Of a DNA stretch of 64,000 bases, positions 33,985 through 44,305 are shown in pieces. This DNA comes from an uncultured Oscillospiraceae bacterium (GTDB lineage: Bacteria > Bacillota > Clostridia > Oscillospirales > Oscillospiraceae). The number at the start of each line of letters is the position of its first letter. Positions within the stretch are counted from its first letter, which is position 1. The DNA is taken from assembly GCA_964617335.1 (NCBI GenBank), contig CAZTXG010000002.1:15912-79911 (forward strand), given 5' to 3'. Below the pieces are notes generated by a model, which had not been told where the DNA came from, did not search any database, and saw only the letters and a program-made list of their open reading frames with translations. A program made the translations under genes and the position numbers.

Positions 33985-35913
33985 ATGAGTAAGGAAACAT
34001 TTTACATCACCACCCCGATTTACTACCCATCGGATAAGCTGCACATAGGCCATGCCTACTGCACTGTGGCAACAGATACCATAGCAAGGTATAAAAGGAT
34101 GCGGGGCTATGATGTAATGTACCTTACGGGAACCGACGAACATGGGCAAAAGATTGAGGAAAAGGCAAAGGCGAAGGGTGTTTCCCCCAAGGAATTTGTA
34201 GACGAGATAGTTGCAGGCAAAGGCGGAATTTTGGATTTGTGGAAGCTTATGAATATTTCCAACGACCGCTTTATCCGCACAACAGACGAGTATCACGTTT
34301 CCGCAATACAGAAGATTTTCAAAAAAATGTACGACAAGGGCGACATTTACAAAAGCAGCTATAAAGGAAAATACTGCACACCCTGTGAAAGCTTTTGGAC
34401 AGACAGCCAGCTTAATGACGGCAAATGCCCCGACTGCGGCAGACCGGTTCATGAGGCCGAAGAAGAAGCCTATTTCTTCCGTCTTTCAAAATACGGGGAA
34501 AGAGTGCAGGCCCTTTTGGAAAGCGGCACATTTTTAGAGCCGGCCTCCAGAGTAAACGAAATGATAAACAACTTCATAAAGCCCGGTTTAGAAGACCTCT
34601 GCGTTTCCCGCACCAGCTTCAGCTGGGGCATACCTGTGGATTTTGACCCCGATCATGTGGTTTATGTCTGGGTGGACGCTCTTTCAAACTATATAACTGC
34701 TCTGGGCTATATGAACGATAAGTATGATGACTTTTCTAAATACTGGCCCTGTGATGTGCATTTTGTGGGCAAGGAAATTGTCCGCTTCCACAGTATAATC
34801 TGGCCCGCCATGCTCATGAGTCTAGAGCTGCCCCTGCCGAAAAAGGTTTTTGGCCACGGCTGGCTGCTCATAGACGGGGGCAAGATGAGCAAAAGCCGCG
34901 GCAATGTGGTTGACCCTGTGGTTTTGTCCCAGCGCTATGGGGTTGACAGCTTAAGGTATTTTCTTATGCGGGAATTCCCTCTGGGAAGCGACGGAAACTT
35001 TACCAACGAGTTGCTTATAAACAGGATAAACTCAGACCTTGCAAACGACTTGGGTAACCTTGTTTCAAGAACTGTGGCCATGGTTATAAAATACTTCGGC
35101 GGCACCCTTCCCAAAGAGCGCCGCGGGGATGATATCGACAGGGAGCTTATAGAAATGGCAGGCTCTCTGCGGGGTATTTACGAAACTAACATGGAGAAGT
35201 TTGCCACCCAAAACGCTGCCCTTGAAGTTTTTAAGGTGGTGTCTCGAGCGAATAAGTATATCGACGAAACCACCCCATGGATTTTGGCAAAAGACGAGGA
35301 AAACCGCCCCCGTCTTGCCAGTGTTATGTATAATCTTCTTGAATCCATCCGCATTTGTGTAAGCCTGCTCCAGCCCTTCATGCCTGAAAGCTGCGAAAAG
35401 GTTTTTGCGCAAATCGGCGCTGATGAAAAAGACAGACTTTGGGAAAATGCAGGAACCTTTGGTGTTTTAAATCCGGAGCTTACAGTCCAAAAGGGCGAAA
35501 CCCTTTTTCCCCGCATTGACCTTGAAAAAGAGCTTCAGGCTCTGGAAAACTTAAACCCTGCCCCCGCGGCAGAGGAAACCAAGGCAGAGCCTATCACCAT
35601 AGACGATTTTGCCAAGGTGGAAATGACAGTTTGCAAGGTTTTGGAATGTGAAAACGTTAAAAAGTCGGACAAGCTCCTTAAATTTCAGCTTGACGACGGC
35701 AGCGGAAAAACCCGTCAAATTCTCTCGGGCATCGCAAAGTTTTATAAGCCCCAGGAGCTTGTTGGAAAAACCCTTGTGGCCTGCACAAATCTGCCCCCCA
35801 GAAAAATGATGGGGCAGGACAGCTGCGGCATGATAATTTCCGCCGAAAAGGAAGATGGCCTGCATCTTCTCATTTTGGATGATTCTGTTCCTGCCGGAGC
35901 AAAGCTCTGCTAA
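33985..35913 (+). CDS. metG: methionine--tRNA ligase with a C-terminal tRNA-binding (Trbp111/EMAPII-like) domain
   Basis: HIGH motif (KLHIGHAY), zinc knuckle (CTPCESF...CPDCG), KMSKS (KMSKSRGN). C-terminal domain DFAKVEMTVCKVLECENVKKSDKLLKFQLD. Confidence 0.95.
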   Translation: MSKETFYITTPIYYPSDKLHIGHAYCTVATDTIARYKRMRGYDVMYLTGTDEHGQKIEEKAKAKGVSPKEFVDEIVAGKGGILDLWKLMNISNDRFIRTTDEYHVSAIQKIFKKMYDKGDIYKSSYKGKYCTPCESFWTDSQLNDGKCPDCGRPVHEAEEEAYFFRLSKYGERVQALLESGTFLEPASRVNEMINNFIKPGLEDLCVSRTSFSWGIPVDFDPDHVVYVWVDALSNYITALGYMNDKYDDFSKYWPCDVHFVGKEIVRFHSIIWPAMLMSLELPLPKKVFGHGWLLIDGGKMSKSRGNVVDPVVLSQRYGVDSLRYFLMREFPLGSDGNFTNELLINRINSDLANDLGNLVSRTVAMVIKYFGGTLPKERRGDDIDRELIEMAGSLRGIYETNMEKFATQNAALEVFKVVSRANKYIDETTPWILAKDEENRPRLASVMYNLLESIRICVSLLQPFMPESCEKVFAQIGADEKDRLWENAGTFGVLNPELTVQKGETLFPRIDLEKELQALENLNPAPAAEETKAEPITIDDFAKVEMTVCKVLECENVKKSDKLLKFQLDDGSGKTRQILSGIAKFYKPQELVGKTLVACTNLPPRKMMGQDSCGMIISAEKEDGLHLLILDDSVPAGAKLC

Positions 35914-35920
35914 TAGATTA

Positions 35921-35966
35921 AAAAAGACCATGGCTGTGAGAAGTTTCTCACGGCCATGGTCTTTTT
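35921..35966. terminator. bidirectional rho-independent terminator (metG / mnmA convergent)
   Basis: GACCATGGCTGTGAG pairs with CTCACGGCCATGGTC, a 15-bp stem. Flanked by AAAAA and TTTTT. Confidence 0.85.
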
Positions 35967-35974
35967 ATATAATT

Positions 35975-36973
35975 TCAAACTATAAAACCGCCGCCTAAAA
36001 CCAAATCGTCTTTATAAAAAACGGCAGTTTGTCCGGAAGTGGGTGCACGAACAGGTGTTTCAAAGAAAACCTCGGCAGAGTTTCCTTGGTAGCTTATTAG
36101 TGCCTTAGTCTGCTCCTTACTGTGGCGAACACGAACCTCGGCGGAAAAGTCCCCTTCTTGAGGGATAAGCCAGTTTATATCACGGACTTTAATAGAGTCT
36201 GTCATCAAAGCCTCGCCCTCAGACAAGACCACCTCGTTGGTTTCGGGACGTATTTGGGAGACATAAACCCTTTTTCCGGCGGAAAAGTTAAGCCCCCGCC
36301 GCTGACCTATGGTATAGCGGTGTATGCCCCTGTGGCGGCCTAAAACCCTGCCGCTTTCATCAACAAAATTGCCTTCCGGCGGATAGACCCCTCTTTTTTC
36401 GATATAGGCAGCATAGTCCTTGTCGGGGATAAAGCAAATTTCCATGCTGGCGGGCTTTTCCGCAGCCGGAATTAAAAACTCATGAGCAAGGGCACGAACC
36501 TGCTTTTTGCTGTAATCCCCAAGGGGCAGCAAAAGCCGATTTAGCTGCCCGGGCTCTATGCGGCAGAGCATATAGCTCTGGTCATTTTCCGGATGACCCT
36601 TGTATAGCTTTCCATCAATGGCACGGGCATAATGCCCTGTGGCAATATAATCCGCTCCGACTTTATCTGCGTGGTCGCAAAGCACCTTAAACTTCACAAG
36701 CCTATTGCACAAAACACAAGGGTTTGGCGTTTCCCCCAGAAGATAGGCGGAAACAAAGGGAGCACAAATCTTTTCCTCCAGCTCTTCCGATATATCCCGA
36801 ATTTCAAGGGGAATACCAAGAGATGAAGCGGCGCTTACAGCGTCGTTTTTAGCCCCTTCCGTGCCAATGTCCATGTAAAGACCATATAGCTCATAGCCCA
36901 TTTTTTGAAGAAGACGGGCGGCAAGGGCGCTGTCAACTCCGCCGGATAGGCCGAGAACAACTTTTTTATTCAT
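35975..36973 (-). CDS. mnmA: tRNA 2-thiouridine(34) synthase
   Basis: Start at ATG 36973 (MNKKVVLGLSGGVDSALAA, the PP-loop SGGVDS), which overlaps the mnmG stop by 8 nt. The ORF-track N-terminal extension lies inside mnmG. Confidence 0.9.
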   Translation of the reverse strand: MNKKVVLGLSGGVDSALAARLLQKMGYELYGLYMDIGTEGAKNDAVSAASSLGIPLEIRDISEELEEKICAPFVSAYLLGETPNPCVLCNRLVKFKVLCDHADKVGADYIATGHYARAIDGKLYKGHPENDQSYMLCRIEPGQLNRLLLPLGDYSKKQVRALAHEFLIPAAEKPASMEICFIPDKDYAAYIEKRGVYPPEGNFVDESGRVLGRHRGIHRYTIGQRRGLNFSAGKRVYVSQIRPETNEVVLSEGEALMTDSIKVRDINWLIPQEGDFSAEVRVRHSKEQTKALISYQGNSAEVFFETPVRAPTSGQTAVFYKDDLVLGGGFIV

Positions 36974-38858
36974 CTCTTTGCTCCTTGTTCTCCCTGCGGC
37001 TTTCCAAATACACCATGAGGGCGGCCATATCCGCCGGAGAAACTCCCGATATGCGGCCTGCCTGCCCAAGGTTTTCCGGCCTAATTTTATTTAACTTCTG
37101 GCGGGCCTCTATGCGAAGGCCCTTTATATCTTCATAGTTTAAGTCTCTGGGCAGGCGGCGGTTTTCCATTTTTGAAAACTCCTTCACCTGACGGATTTGC
37201 CTGTCGATATAACCTGCGTATTTAAGAGAAATTTCCACCTGCTCAAAAATTTCACGGGAGAGACTTGGCCTTTCTGTGTCAAAAGGGCTAAGGTCCTTAT
37301 AACTTATCTGTGGGCGGCGAAGAAGATTTGCAAGGGACACGCCGCTATTAGTCGCTGTTGTCCCTGCTGCCAAAAGCATCTTAGAAAGCTCCGGCGTGGG
37401 GGCAAGACTTTTACTCTCAAGGCGCTGTATCTCCCTTTCCACGGCAGCGTATTTTTCCAAAACCGCCTCATGGCGCTCATTGGAAACAAGGCCGATGCGG
37501 TGACCGAAGGCAGAAAGTCTTATATCGGCATTATCCTGCCGAAGAAGCAGGCGGTATTCCGTGCGGGAGGTCATCATACGGTATGGCTCGTTTGTGCCCT
37601 TGGTCACAAGATCATCTATGAGTGTGCCGATATACCCATCAGAGCGCTTTAAAATAAGCTCCGGCTCACCCTTAATTTTAAGGGCGGCATTAACCCCTGC
37701 CATAAAACCCTGAACGGCTGCTTCCTCATAGCCGGAGCTGCCGTTAAACTGCCCGGCGCCGTAAAGCCCGGGAATTTTTTTTGACTCCAAGGTGGCATAA
37801 AGCTCCGTTGGGTCAACGCAGTCATATTCAATGGCATAGGCAGGGCGGGTCATTTCAGCCTTTTCAAAACCCACAAGACTGTGGAGCATTTTCACCTGAA
37901 CCTCCTCAGGCAGGGAGGAGGAAAAGCCCTGTAAATACATTTCGTTGGTGTCAAGCCCCATAGGCTCCAAAAAAAGCTGGTGGCGGCTTTTATCAGCGAA
38001 ACGGACAATTTTATCTTCAATGGAGGGGCAGTACCGTGCGCCTATGCCCTCTATAAGTCCGCCGTAAAGGGGACTTAGGTGAAGATTCTCACGGATGATT
38101 TCGTGGGTTTTTTCATTGGTATAGGTAAGGTAACAAACAGCCTTGTTTTCAGGCATTTGTTCAGTTGTGAAGGAAAAGGGAGAAATGTCCTCATCCCCCG
38201 GCTGAAGCTCCATTTTGGAAAGGTCAATGGTTTTGCTGTTCACCCTTGGAGGGGTACCGGTTTTAAAGCGGCGCATGGAAAGGCCCAAAGATACAAGTCT
38301 CTCCGTTAAAGCCTTTGAAGAAGAAACCCCGTCTGGGCCGGAATCCACAACAACATCGCCGATTATTATGCTGCTGCGAAGGTAAGTCCCCGTGCAGACT
38401 ATAACAGCACGGCAGCGGTAAACCGCCCCAATATGGGTGACAAGGGAGCTTACAGCCCCATTTTCAAGACGAATATCCACAATCTCCGCCTGCTTAACCC
38501 GAAGATTTTCCTGAGACTCCAAGGTGTGCTTCACCACACTTTGATATTTGCGCCTGTCTGCCTGTGCCCTAAGGGAATGGACGGCAGGGCCTTTTCCCAG
38601 ATTTAGCATCCTATATTGTATACAGGCCTTATCGGCAGCAATGCCCATTTCCCCGCCCATGGCATCAAGCTCACGCACAAGGTGACCCTTGCCTGTGCCG
38701 CCAATGGCAGGGTTACAGGGAAGATTTCCGGCGGTGTCAAGGTTTATTGTAAAAATCATCGTGTCAAGGCCCATACGGGCGCAGGCCAGAGCCGCTTCAA
38801 TTCCAGCGTGCCCCGCCCCGATGACGGCGATATCGCATTTTCCAGCATCATAGTTCAT
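36966..38858 (-). CDS. mnmG: tRNA uridine-5-carboxymethylaminomethyl modification enzyme MnmG (GidA)
   Basis: ATG at 38858 after GGAGG. MNYDAGKCDIAVIGAGHAGIEAA is the FAD-binding fold, followed by GGTGKGHLVRELDALGG-type motifs. Confidence 0.95.
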   Translation of the reverse strand: MNYDAGKCDIAVIGAGHAGIEAALACARMGLDTMIFTINLDTAGNLPCNPAIGGTGKGHLVRELDAMGGEMGIAADKACIQYRMLNLGKGPAVHSLRAQADRRKYQSVVKHTLESQENLRVKQAEIVDIRLENGAVSSLVTHIGAVYRCRAVIVCTGTYLRSSIIIGDVVVDSGPDGVSSSKALTERLVSLGLSMRRFKTGTPPRVNSKTIDLSKMELQPGDEDISPFSFTTEQMPENKAVCYLTYTNEKTHEIIRENLHLSPLYGGLIEGIGARYCPSIEDKIVRFADKSRHQLFLEPMGLDTNEMYLQGFSSSLPEEVQVKMLHSLVGFEKAEMTRPAYAIEYDCVDPTELYATLESKKIPGLYGAGQFNGSSGYEEAAVQGFMAGVNAALKIKGEPELILKRSDGYIGTLIDDLVTKGTNEPYRMMTSRTEYRLLLRQDNADIRLSAFGHRIGLVSNERHEAVLEKYAAVEREIQRLESKSLAPTPELSKMLLAAGTTATNSGVSLANLLRRPQISYKDLSPFDTERPSLSREIFEQVEISLKYAGYIDRQIRQVKEFSKMENRRLPRDLNYEDIKGLRIEARQKLNKIRPENLGQAGRISGVSPADMAALMVYLESRRENKEQRDE

Positions 38859-39022
38859 AGTTTTGCCTCCAGAGCAGTAGTTTAACACTTAATTATAAGG
38901 TGTTTTTCTCTATTATGCAAATTATTTCACTGTTTTTATTTAGCCCTATTTTACAAAAACCGGCATTTAACAAGCAAAGCCCCAGATTTTAAGAATTTTC
39001 CAGCAGAAAGTGAAAAAGATAC

Positions 39023-39051
39023 TTGACATAGTAAGGCTTAAGAGTTAAACT
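39023..39051 (+). promoter_or_regulatory. sigma-70-type promoter for the gntR/ABC operon
   Basis: TTGACA (39023-39028), 17-nt spacer, TAAACT (39046-39051). Confidence 0.5.
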
Positions 39052-39101
39052 GACTGTGCTAGTACAAATAGTACAGGGGATACAGAAAGGAGGGTGCTTT
39101 T

Positions 39102-39476
39102 GTGTTTTCAATAAATCTCAGGGACTCACGGCCCATATACGAGCAGGTTAAAGACAGTCTGCGCAGAGCGATTATAACCGAAGTTTTGCTTCCGGACGAT
39201 AAAATACCGTCGGTGCGTGAGCTGGCAAGCCAGCTTGCCATAAATCCGAATACCATACAAAAGGCATATAGGGAGTTGGAAACTGAAGGATATTTATATT
39301 CTGTTCCGGGCAAGGGCAGCTTTGTAAGCGAAAGCAGTCAGGCTAAGGAAAGCCGCAAAAAAGAGCTTTTGGAAAAGCTTGACGAAACTGTTACGGAGCT
39401 TTCCCACCTTGATGTGACAGTTGCGGAAATATGTGAGCACATCAAAAAAAGAGCCGGGGAGGGGAAACAAGTATGA
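39102..39476 (+). CDS. GntR-family transcriptional regulator, YtrA subfamily
   Basis: 124 aa with a GTG start after AAGGAGG. Winged-HTH region PIYEQVKDSLRRAIITEVLLPDDKIPSVRELASQLAINPNTIQKAYRELE, and the short C-terminal helix pair typical of YtrA. Confidence 0.85.
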   Translation: MFSINLRDSRPIYEQVKDSLRRAIITEVLLPDDKIPSVRELASQLAINPNTIQKAYRELETEGYLYSVPGKGSFVSESSQAKESRKKELLEKLDETVTELSHLDVTVAEICEHIKKRAGEGKQV

Positions 39477-40366
39477 TTGAAGTGAAAAATCTAAGCAAGA
39501 GCTTTGATGGCCTAAAGGCTCTTGATAAGCTTAACATAAATGTACCCACAGGGTCCATATACGGACTTGTAGGGCCAAACGGTGCGGGAAAGTCCACCAT
39601 AATCCGCCACATAACGGGGATTTTTAAGCAGGATGAGGGGGAAGTTCTTGTAAACGGCCAGCCGGTTTTTGAAAATCCGGAGGTAAAATCCCATATAGCC
39701 TATATTCCCGATGATGTCTTTTTCTATAATCAGGCAACTATTCACGACATGATGAAGTTTTATAAAGGTGTCTGCCCGAATTTCTCCGCAGAGCGCTATG
39801 AAAAGCTCCGAGGCGCCTTTGAGCTTAAGGAAAATGTCAAAATGCGCAGCCTTTCCAAGGGAATGCAAAAGCAGGCGGCCTTTTGGCTAACGGTTTCCAT
39901 GTGCCCCAAGGTTTTGGTGCTGGACGAGCCGGTGGACGGGCTTGACCCTGTTATGCGCCGGCAAATCTGGAGCATACTAATGTCCGACGTGACGGAAAGC
40001 GGTACAACGGTTTTGGTTTCCTCCCATAACCTTCGTGAACTGGAGGATGTTTGCGACCATGTGGGCATTATGAACAGGGGCAGACTTCTTTTAGAGCGCA
40101 GCCTTTCCGATATGCAGGAGAACATTGTTAAGGTTCATTTAGCCCTTGAGGAAGAAAAGCAGCTGCCAGAAGGCCTTGACATTCTGCACATAAGCACAAG
40201 CGGCAGACTGAAAACCATAATTGTCCGAGGCAAGGCAGAGGAGATTACAAACAAAATCGCCACGGTTCAGCCCTTATTTATGGACCTTATACCCCTGTCT
40301 CTTGAGGAGATATTTATTTATGAGCTGGGAGGTGAGCACTATGAAGTCAAAGACATCATACTTTAA
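39473..40366 (+). CDS. ABC transporter ATP-binding protein
   Basis: Walker [10 protein letters not shown], signature LSKGMQKQ, Walker [17 protein letters not shown] start/stop overlap with the gntR gene. Confidence 0.9.
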   Translation: MIEVKNLSKSFDGLKALDKLNINVPTGSIYGLVGPNGAGKSTIIRHITGIFKQDEGEVLVNGQPVFENPEVKSHIAYIPDDVFFYNQATIHDMMKFYKGVCPNFSAERYEKLRGAFELKENVKMRSLSKGMQKQAAFWLTVSMCPKVLVLDEPVDGLDPVMRRQIWSILMSDVTESGTTVLVSSHNLRELEDVCDHVGIMNRGRLLLERSLSDMQENIVKVHLALEEEKQLPEGLDILHISTSGRLKTIIVRGKAEEITNKIATVQPLFMDLIPLSLEEIFIYELGGEHYEVKDIIL

Positions 40367-42260
40367 CGGCACCTTATTTCTGGGTGTGTTTAAACGCTTT
40401 TGGCCGATTTTCGCCGGATACTTTCTGATTTTGGCTGCAGCTTTGCCCATGGCTTTGGCTAACAATCTTGCCTGGCTAAGCTATAATCCAAGCGGCGGCA
40501 ACTTGGTGCTTGCTGCCGCCGAGCAGGTTCTTAACACAGGCTATTTAGGCGGGGCGATTATATCCTTTGTGTTTGCCCTTTTGATTGCCATGGCGGCTTT
40601 CAGCTATCTTTACAATGCCCGCAGCGTTTCCATGATGTGTTCTCTGCCCATAAAGCGGGAGGGAGTTTTCCTTTCTGTCTTTACGGCGGGGCTTACAGGT
40701 ATGTTTTTTGTTAATCTTCTGGTATTTTTTATAAGTCTTGGGGTGGAAGCCATTTATGGCGCTGTGGGGTTTTCATATCTTCTCCAATGGCTTTTAATGA
40801 CCTGCCTTAGCAATGTGTTTTTCTTTGGCTTTGCCGCTGTTTGCGCAAGCTTTACAGGTCATATCCTTGTGCTGCCCGCAATTTATGTTGTGCTAAACTT
40901 TACGGCGGTAGTGGTTGAAGCCATAGTGACATCTCTTATGGAAAGCTTTATCTACGGAGCAACTTCCTCAGGCGGCATAGAAAACTCTCGTTTTCTATCT
41001 CCCATTTTAGAGATGACCCTTGGCTGGCGGACAAGTTCCGTAACACAGAAATTATCTGACGGCACTTTTATAGTAACTGACTATGTTTACAGCGGCTGGC
41101 CCATGCTTTTTGCCTATGCTGTTGTGGGAATTCTTTTTTCCATTGCTGCCATGCTGCTCCTACGCCGCCGCCCCATGGAAACAGCCGGAGACGTTGTTGC
41201 TGTCAGACCCTTAAAGCCTGTGTTTAAATACTGCCTGTCTTTAGGCTGCGCCTTGGTTTTGGGTATTATTTTGTTCTCATGGGTTTCCATAAGCGGTTAT
41301 TGGGGCACACCTCTCACCCAAATTATAAGCCTAATTATCTTCATGCTTTTAGGGGGCTTCATCGGCTATTTTGCCGCGGAAATGCTTATGCAAAAAACCC
41401 TTCGTGTGTTCTCGGGGCAAAACTGGCTGCGCTTCGGCCTAGTGTCCCTTGTGATTATTGCTCTTATGCTCTGCGGTGAGTATGACGTTTTCGGCTTTGA
41501 AAAGCGCCTGCCGGAGGCAGACAAGGTAGAAAGTATCACCATTACGTCAGGCGGTGAAAACGCAATTTTAAGCCAGCCGGAGAATATTCAGGCGGCAATC
41601 GACTTACACAGGGAAATCATTGAAGGTAAGAAGGAAAACGAGGCTCTTTTAAGTAAAAGCGATTACCAAGACCGTTATGGCGTGAGCATTTATTACTTTA
41701 TGGAAGACGAAAGTATGCTTTTACGCAGATATGATATCCAGTATGTGGAAGGCGGCATCATCGACAGCTTAAACGAAATTATGAACCTGAAAGAAGCCGT
41801 TGACGCCCGAAAAGAGGTCAGCGTACCTGTAAGCGAAAACAATATAGCCGATGCTTATATCGATTATTTTAATCCTGTTACCATGAATAGCGAATACCTG
41901 CCCATAACGGCCGAAGAAGCCTATGAGCTTTATACCCAGTGCCTTGTTCCCGATATAGACGAGGGAAATCTGGGCAAGGTTTGGCTTGTTTCTAACGATG
42001 GTTATAGAAACACAGTTTATAATGCTACGATTAATATCATTTTCAGCAACCGCATAGCCGACGGGGAGTATAAAAGCCACTATTTCTACACAACGCCAAC
42101 TGTAACCGCCCTGCGCACAGAAAGCTGGCTCCATGAGCATGGTATAGATATGCTCACCTATGCTCAAACGGATGAACTTTATGAAGGGCAGAATTACTAC
42201 AATGAGCCAATTTACTACGAAAAGACAATTACAACCCATACTGCCGAGCAGGTCGGATAA
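40341..42260 (+). CDS. ABC-2-type membrane permease with a large C-terminal extracytoplasmic domain
   Basis: ATG at 40341 after GGGAGG; the ORF-track N-terminal extension overlaps the ATPase gene. The first ~420 aa are multi-TM; the last ~220 aa are hydrophilic. Confidence 0.65.
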   Translation: MKSKTSYFNGTLFLGVFKRFWPIFAGYFLILAAALPMALANNLAWLSYNPSGGNLVLAAAEQVLNTGYLGGAIISFVFALLIAMAAFSYLYNARSVSMMCSLPIKREGVFLSVFTAGLTGMFFVNLLVFFISLGVEAIYGAVGFSYLLQWLLMTCLSNVFFFGFAAVCASFTGHILVLPAIYVVLNFTAVVVEAIVTSLMESFIYGATSSGGIENSRFLSPILEMTLGWRTSSVTQKLSDGTFIVTDYVYSGWPMLFAYAVVGILFSIAAMLLLRRRPMETAGDVVAVRPLKPVFKYCLSLGCALVLGIILFSWVSISGYWGTPLTQIISLIIFMLLGGFIGYFAAEMLMQKTLRVFSGQNWLRFGLVSLVIIALMLCGEYDVFGFEKRLPEADKVESITITSGGENAILSQPENIQAAIDLHREIIEGKKENEALLSKSDYQDRYGVSIYYFMEDESMLLRRYDIQYVEGGIIDSLNEIMNLKEAVDARKEVSVPVSENNIADAYIDYFNPVTMNSEYLPITAEEAYELYTQCLVPDIDEGNLGKVWLVSNDGYRNTVYNATINIIFSNRIADGEYKSHYFYTTPTVTALRTESWLHEHGIDMLTYAQTDELYEGQNYYNEPIYYEKTITTHTAEQVG

Positions 42261-42280
42261 AACCTGATAAAAGACAGCAT

Positions 42281-42318
42281 AAAAAAGCCGCCCGGACTAA
42301 TAATCCGAGCGGTTTTTT
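42281..42318. terminator. bidirectional rho-independent terminator
   Basis: CCGCCCGGA pairs with TCCGAGCGG. Flanked by AAAAAA and TTTTTT. It lies between the convergent permease and ABM genes. Confidence 0.75.
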
Positions 42319-42331
42319 ATTAAGCAGAGGC

Positions 42332-42616
42332 TTATTCCTCATACATGGCAAGGCGGGTTTTTACACTATGCTCTTTGCAGGTGGGGCGGAACTTCTGGAA
42401 AAGCTCGGTTTCGGAGTGAGCCTGAAGGTCCTCTAAGGTTTCCCATTTTTCAATGAGCATCATTTTTTTGGAATCGTCGGCGCTGATGTAAAAATCATAC
42501 AACACATTGCCCTTGTCCTTGCGGGAGCCTTCCACAAAGCCCTCGTCGCAGAGAACCTTGTAAAAGTCCTTCATGTCTGTTGTTTCGCTTATAAAGCTGC
42601 AGTTAATGACTATCAT
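42332..42616 (-). CDS. antibiotic-biosynthesis-monooxygenase (ABM/Dabb-fold) domain protein
   Basis: ATG at 42616 after GGAGG. The 94-aa protein has the pattern ...LYDFY...IEKWETLEDLQAHSETELF... typical of ABM domains. Confidence 0.55.
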   Translation of the reverse strand: MIVINCSFISETTDMKDFYKVLCDEGFVEGSRKDKGNVLYDFYISADDSKKMMLIEKWETLEDLQAHSETELFQKFRPTCKEHSVKTRLAMYEE

Positions 42617-42735
42617 ATATGCTTCCTCCGTCAAATGTTCTGCCTTTCGGCTCATACAGCTAATAATAGCACCAAAATGCCCGCTTTTCAATTCCTTTGT
42701 GAAAAAATACGGCTTTTATCTTACGAAACTCCTGA

Positions 42736-43815
42736 TTAAGCTGACAAAATCTTTTCGCAGACGGCTTTTCCAATCTCTCGGCAGCCAAGAAGCTTTTTGC
42801 CCTCGCTCATGGTGTCCTCTGTTCGCAGGCCCTCGTCCAAAACTGCCTCAACAGCATTTTCGATTGCCTCGGCCATCACTTCCATACCAAAGCTCATGCG
42901 GAGCATCATGGCGGCAGATAAAATCATGGCTAGAGGATTAGCAAGGTTTTTCCCCGCAAGGTCCGGAGCGCTGCCGTGGATAGGCTCGTAAAGCCCACGA
43001 GTGCCGGAGCCAAGGCTGCAAGAGCCAATCATACCTATGCTGCCGCAGATTTGGCTGGCCTCGTCAGAGAGAATGTCTCCAAAGAGATTTTCCGTAACAA
43101 TAACGTCAAACTGGGAGGGGTCACGAACAAGCTGCATGGCGCAGTTATCCACATACATATGGGAAAGCTCCACATCGGGATATTGGGCCGAAACCTCGTT
43201 TAAAACCCGCCGCCACAGCTTAGAGCTGTCAAGCACATTGGCCTTATCCACAGAGCAAACCTTTTTGCTTCGCAAGATGGCGGTTTTAAAAGCCACATGG
43301 GCAATGCGCTCTATTTCGTTTCGGGAATAGCCCATTATATCACTGGCATATTCCTGACCATTTATCATTTCCGTTTTATGCTCGCCGAAATACGCACCGC
43401 CTATAAGCTCTCTTACTATAATAAGGTCTATGCCCTTATCAACAATAGAGGGCTTAAGGGGAGAAGCATCACGAAGCTGGGGGAAAATCTTTGCCGGACG
43501 CAGGTTTGAATAAAGCTCCATCCCCGCTCGAAGGCGCAAAAGCCCGCGCTCCGGCCGCTTATCCTTGGGAACTTCGTCCCATTTAGGGCCGCCGATGGCA
43601 GAGAGGAGAACACTGTCCGAGGAAAGGCAGGTGTTAAGGCTTTCCTCAGGCAGTGGGTCGCCGAAGCGGTCAATGGCCTCGCCCCCCATGGGGGCTTCCA
43701 TATAGTTAAAGTTTATTGCATATTTTTCAGAAATTGCATTAAGCACGGAGAGGGCCTGTTCCATTATTTCAGGGCCAATGCCGTCACCACGAATTATCGC
43801 TATGTTTTTTGTCAT
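42736..43815 (-). CDS. leuB: 3-isopropylmalate dehydrogenase
   Basis: MTKNIAIIRGDGIGPEI..., NLFGDILSDEAS, GSAPDLAGKNLANP. Confidence 0.95.
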   Translation of the reverse strand: MTKNIAIIRGDGIGPEIMEQALSVLNAISEKYAINFNYMEAPMGGEAIDRFGDPLPEESLNTCLSSDSVLLSAIGGPKWDEVPKDKRPERGLLRLRAGMELYSNLRPAKIFPQLRDASPLKPSIVDKGIDLIIVRELIGGAYFGEHKTEMINGQEYASDIMGYSRNEIERIAHVAFKTAILRSKKVCSVDKANVLDSSKLWRRVLNEVSAQYPDVELSHMYVDNCAMQLVRDPSQFDVIVTENLFGDILSDEASQICGSIGMIGSCSLGSGTRGLYEPIHGSAPDLAGKNLANPLAMILSAAMMLRMSFGMEVMAEAIENAVEAVLDEGLRTEDTMSEGKKLLGCREIGKAVCEKILSA

Positions 43816-43816
43816 T

Positions 43817-44305
43817 TTATCTGCCCTCTTTTATAGAATTCATAAGTCCGCCCTTATCAATCATGTCTTTTATAAACTCCGGAAAGGGGGCGGCCTTATA
43901 GCTCTCGCCCTTTGTAAGGTTTTCTACAACCCCTGTGTCAAAGTCAACGGAGACTTCGTCACCCTCGTCTATTTTTTCGGCAGCCTCGTTACACTCTAAA
44001 ATTGCAAGACCTATGTTTATGCTGTTTCTATAAAAAATCCTCGCAAAGCTTTTGGCTATAACACAGGAGATGCCCGAGGCCTTTATAGCAATGGGAGCAT
44101 GCTCACGGGAGGAGCCGCAGCCGAAGTTTTGCCCTGCCACCATAATGTCGCCAGCTTTAACACGGCTGACAAAGCTTTTGTCCAAGTCCTCCATACAGTG
44201 GGAGGCAAGCTCTTTAACGTCTTGAGTGGCAAGGTAGCGGGCGGGGATTATAACATCGGTGTCCACGTTGCTGCCGTATTTTATTGCGCTTCCCTGAGCT
44301 TTCAT
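43817..44305 (-). CDS. leuD: 3-isopropylmalate dehydratase small subunit
   Basis: Start at ATG 44305 ([25 protein letters not shown]), in an ATGA overlap with the leuC stop. The ORF-track extension lies inside leuC. Has [13 protein letters not shown]. Confidence 0.9.
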   Translation of the reverse strand: MKAQGSAIKYGSNVDTDVIIPARYLATQDVKELASHCMEDLDKSFVSRVKAGDIMVAGQNFGCGSSREHAPIAIKASGISCVIAKSFARIFYRNSINIGLAILECNEAAEKIDEGDEVSVDFDTGVVENLTKGESYKAAPFPEFIKDMIDKGGLMNSIKEGR

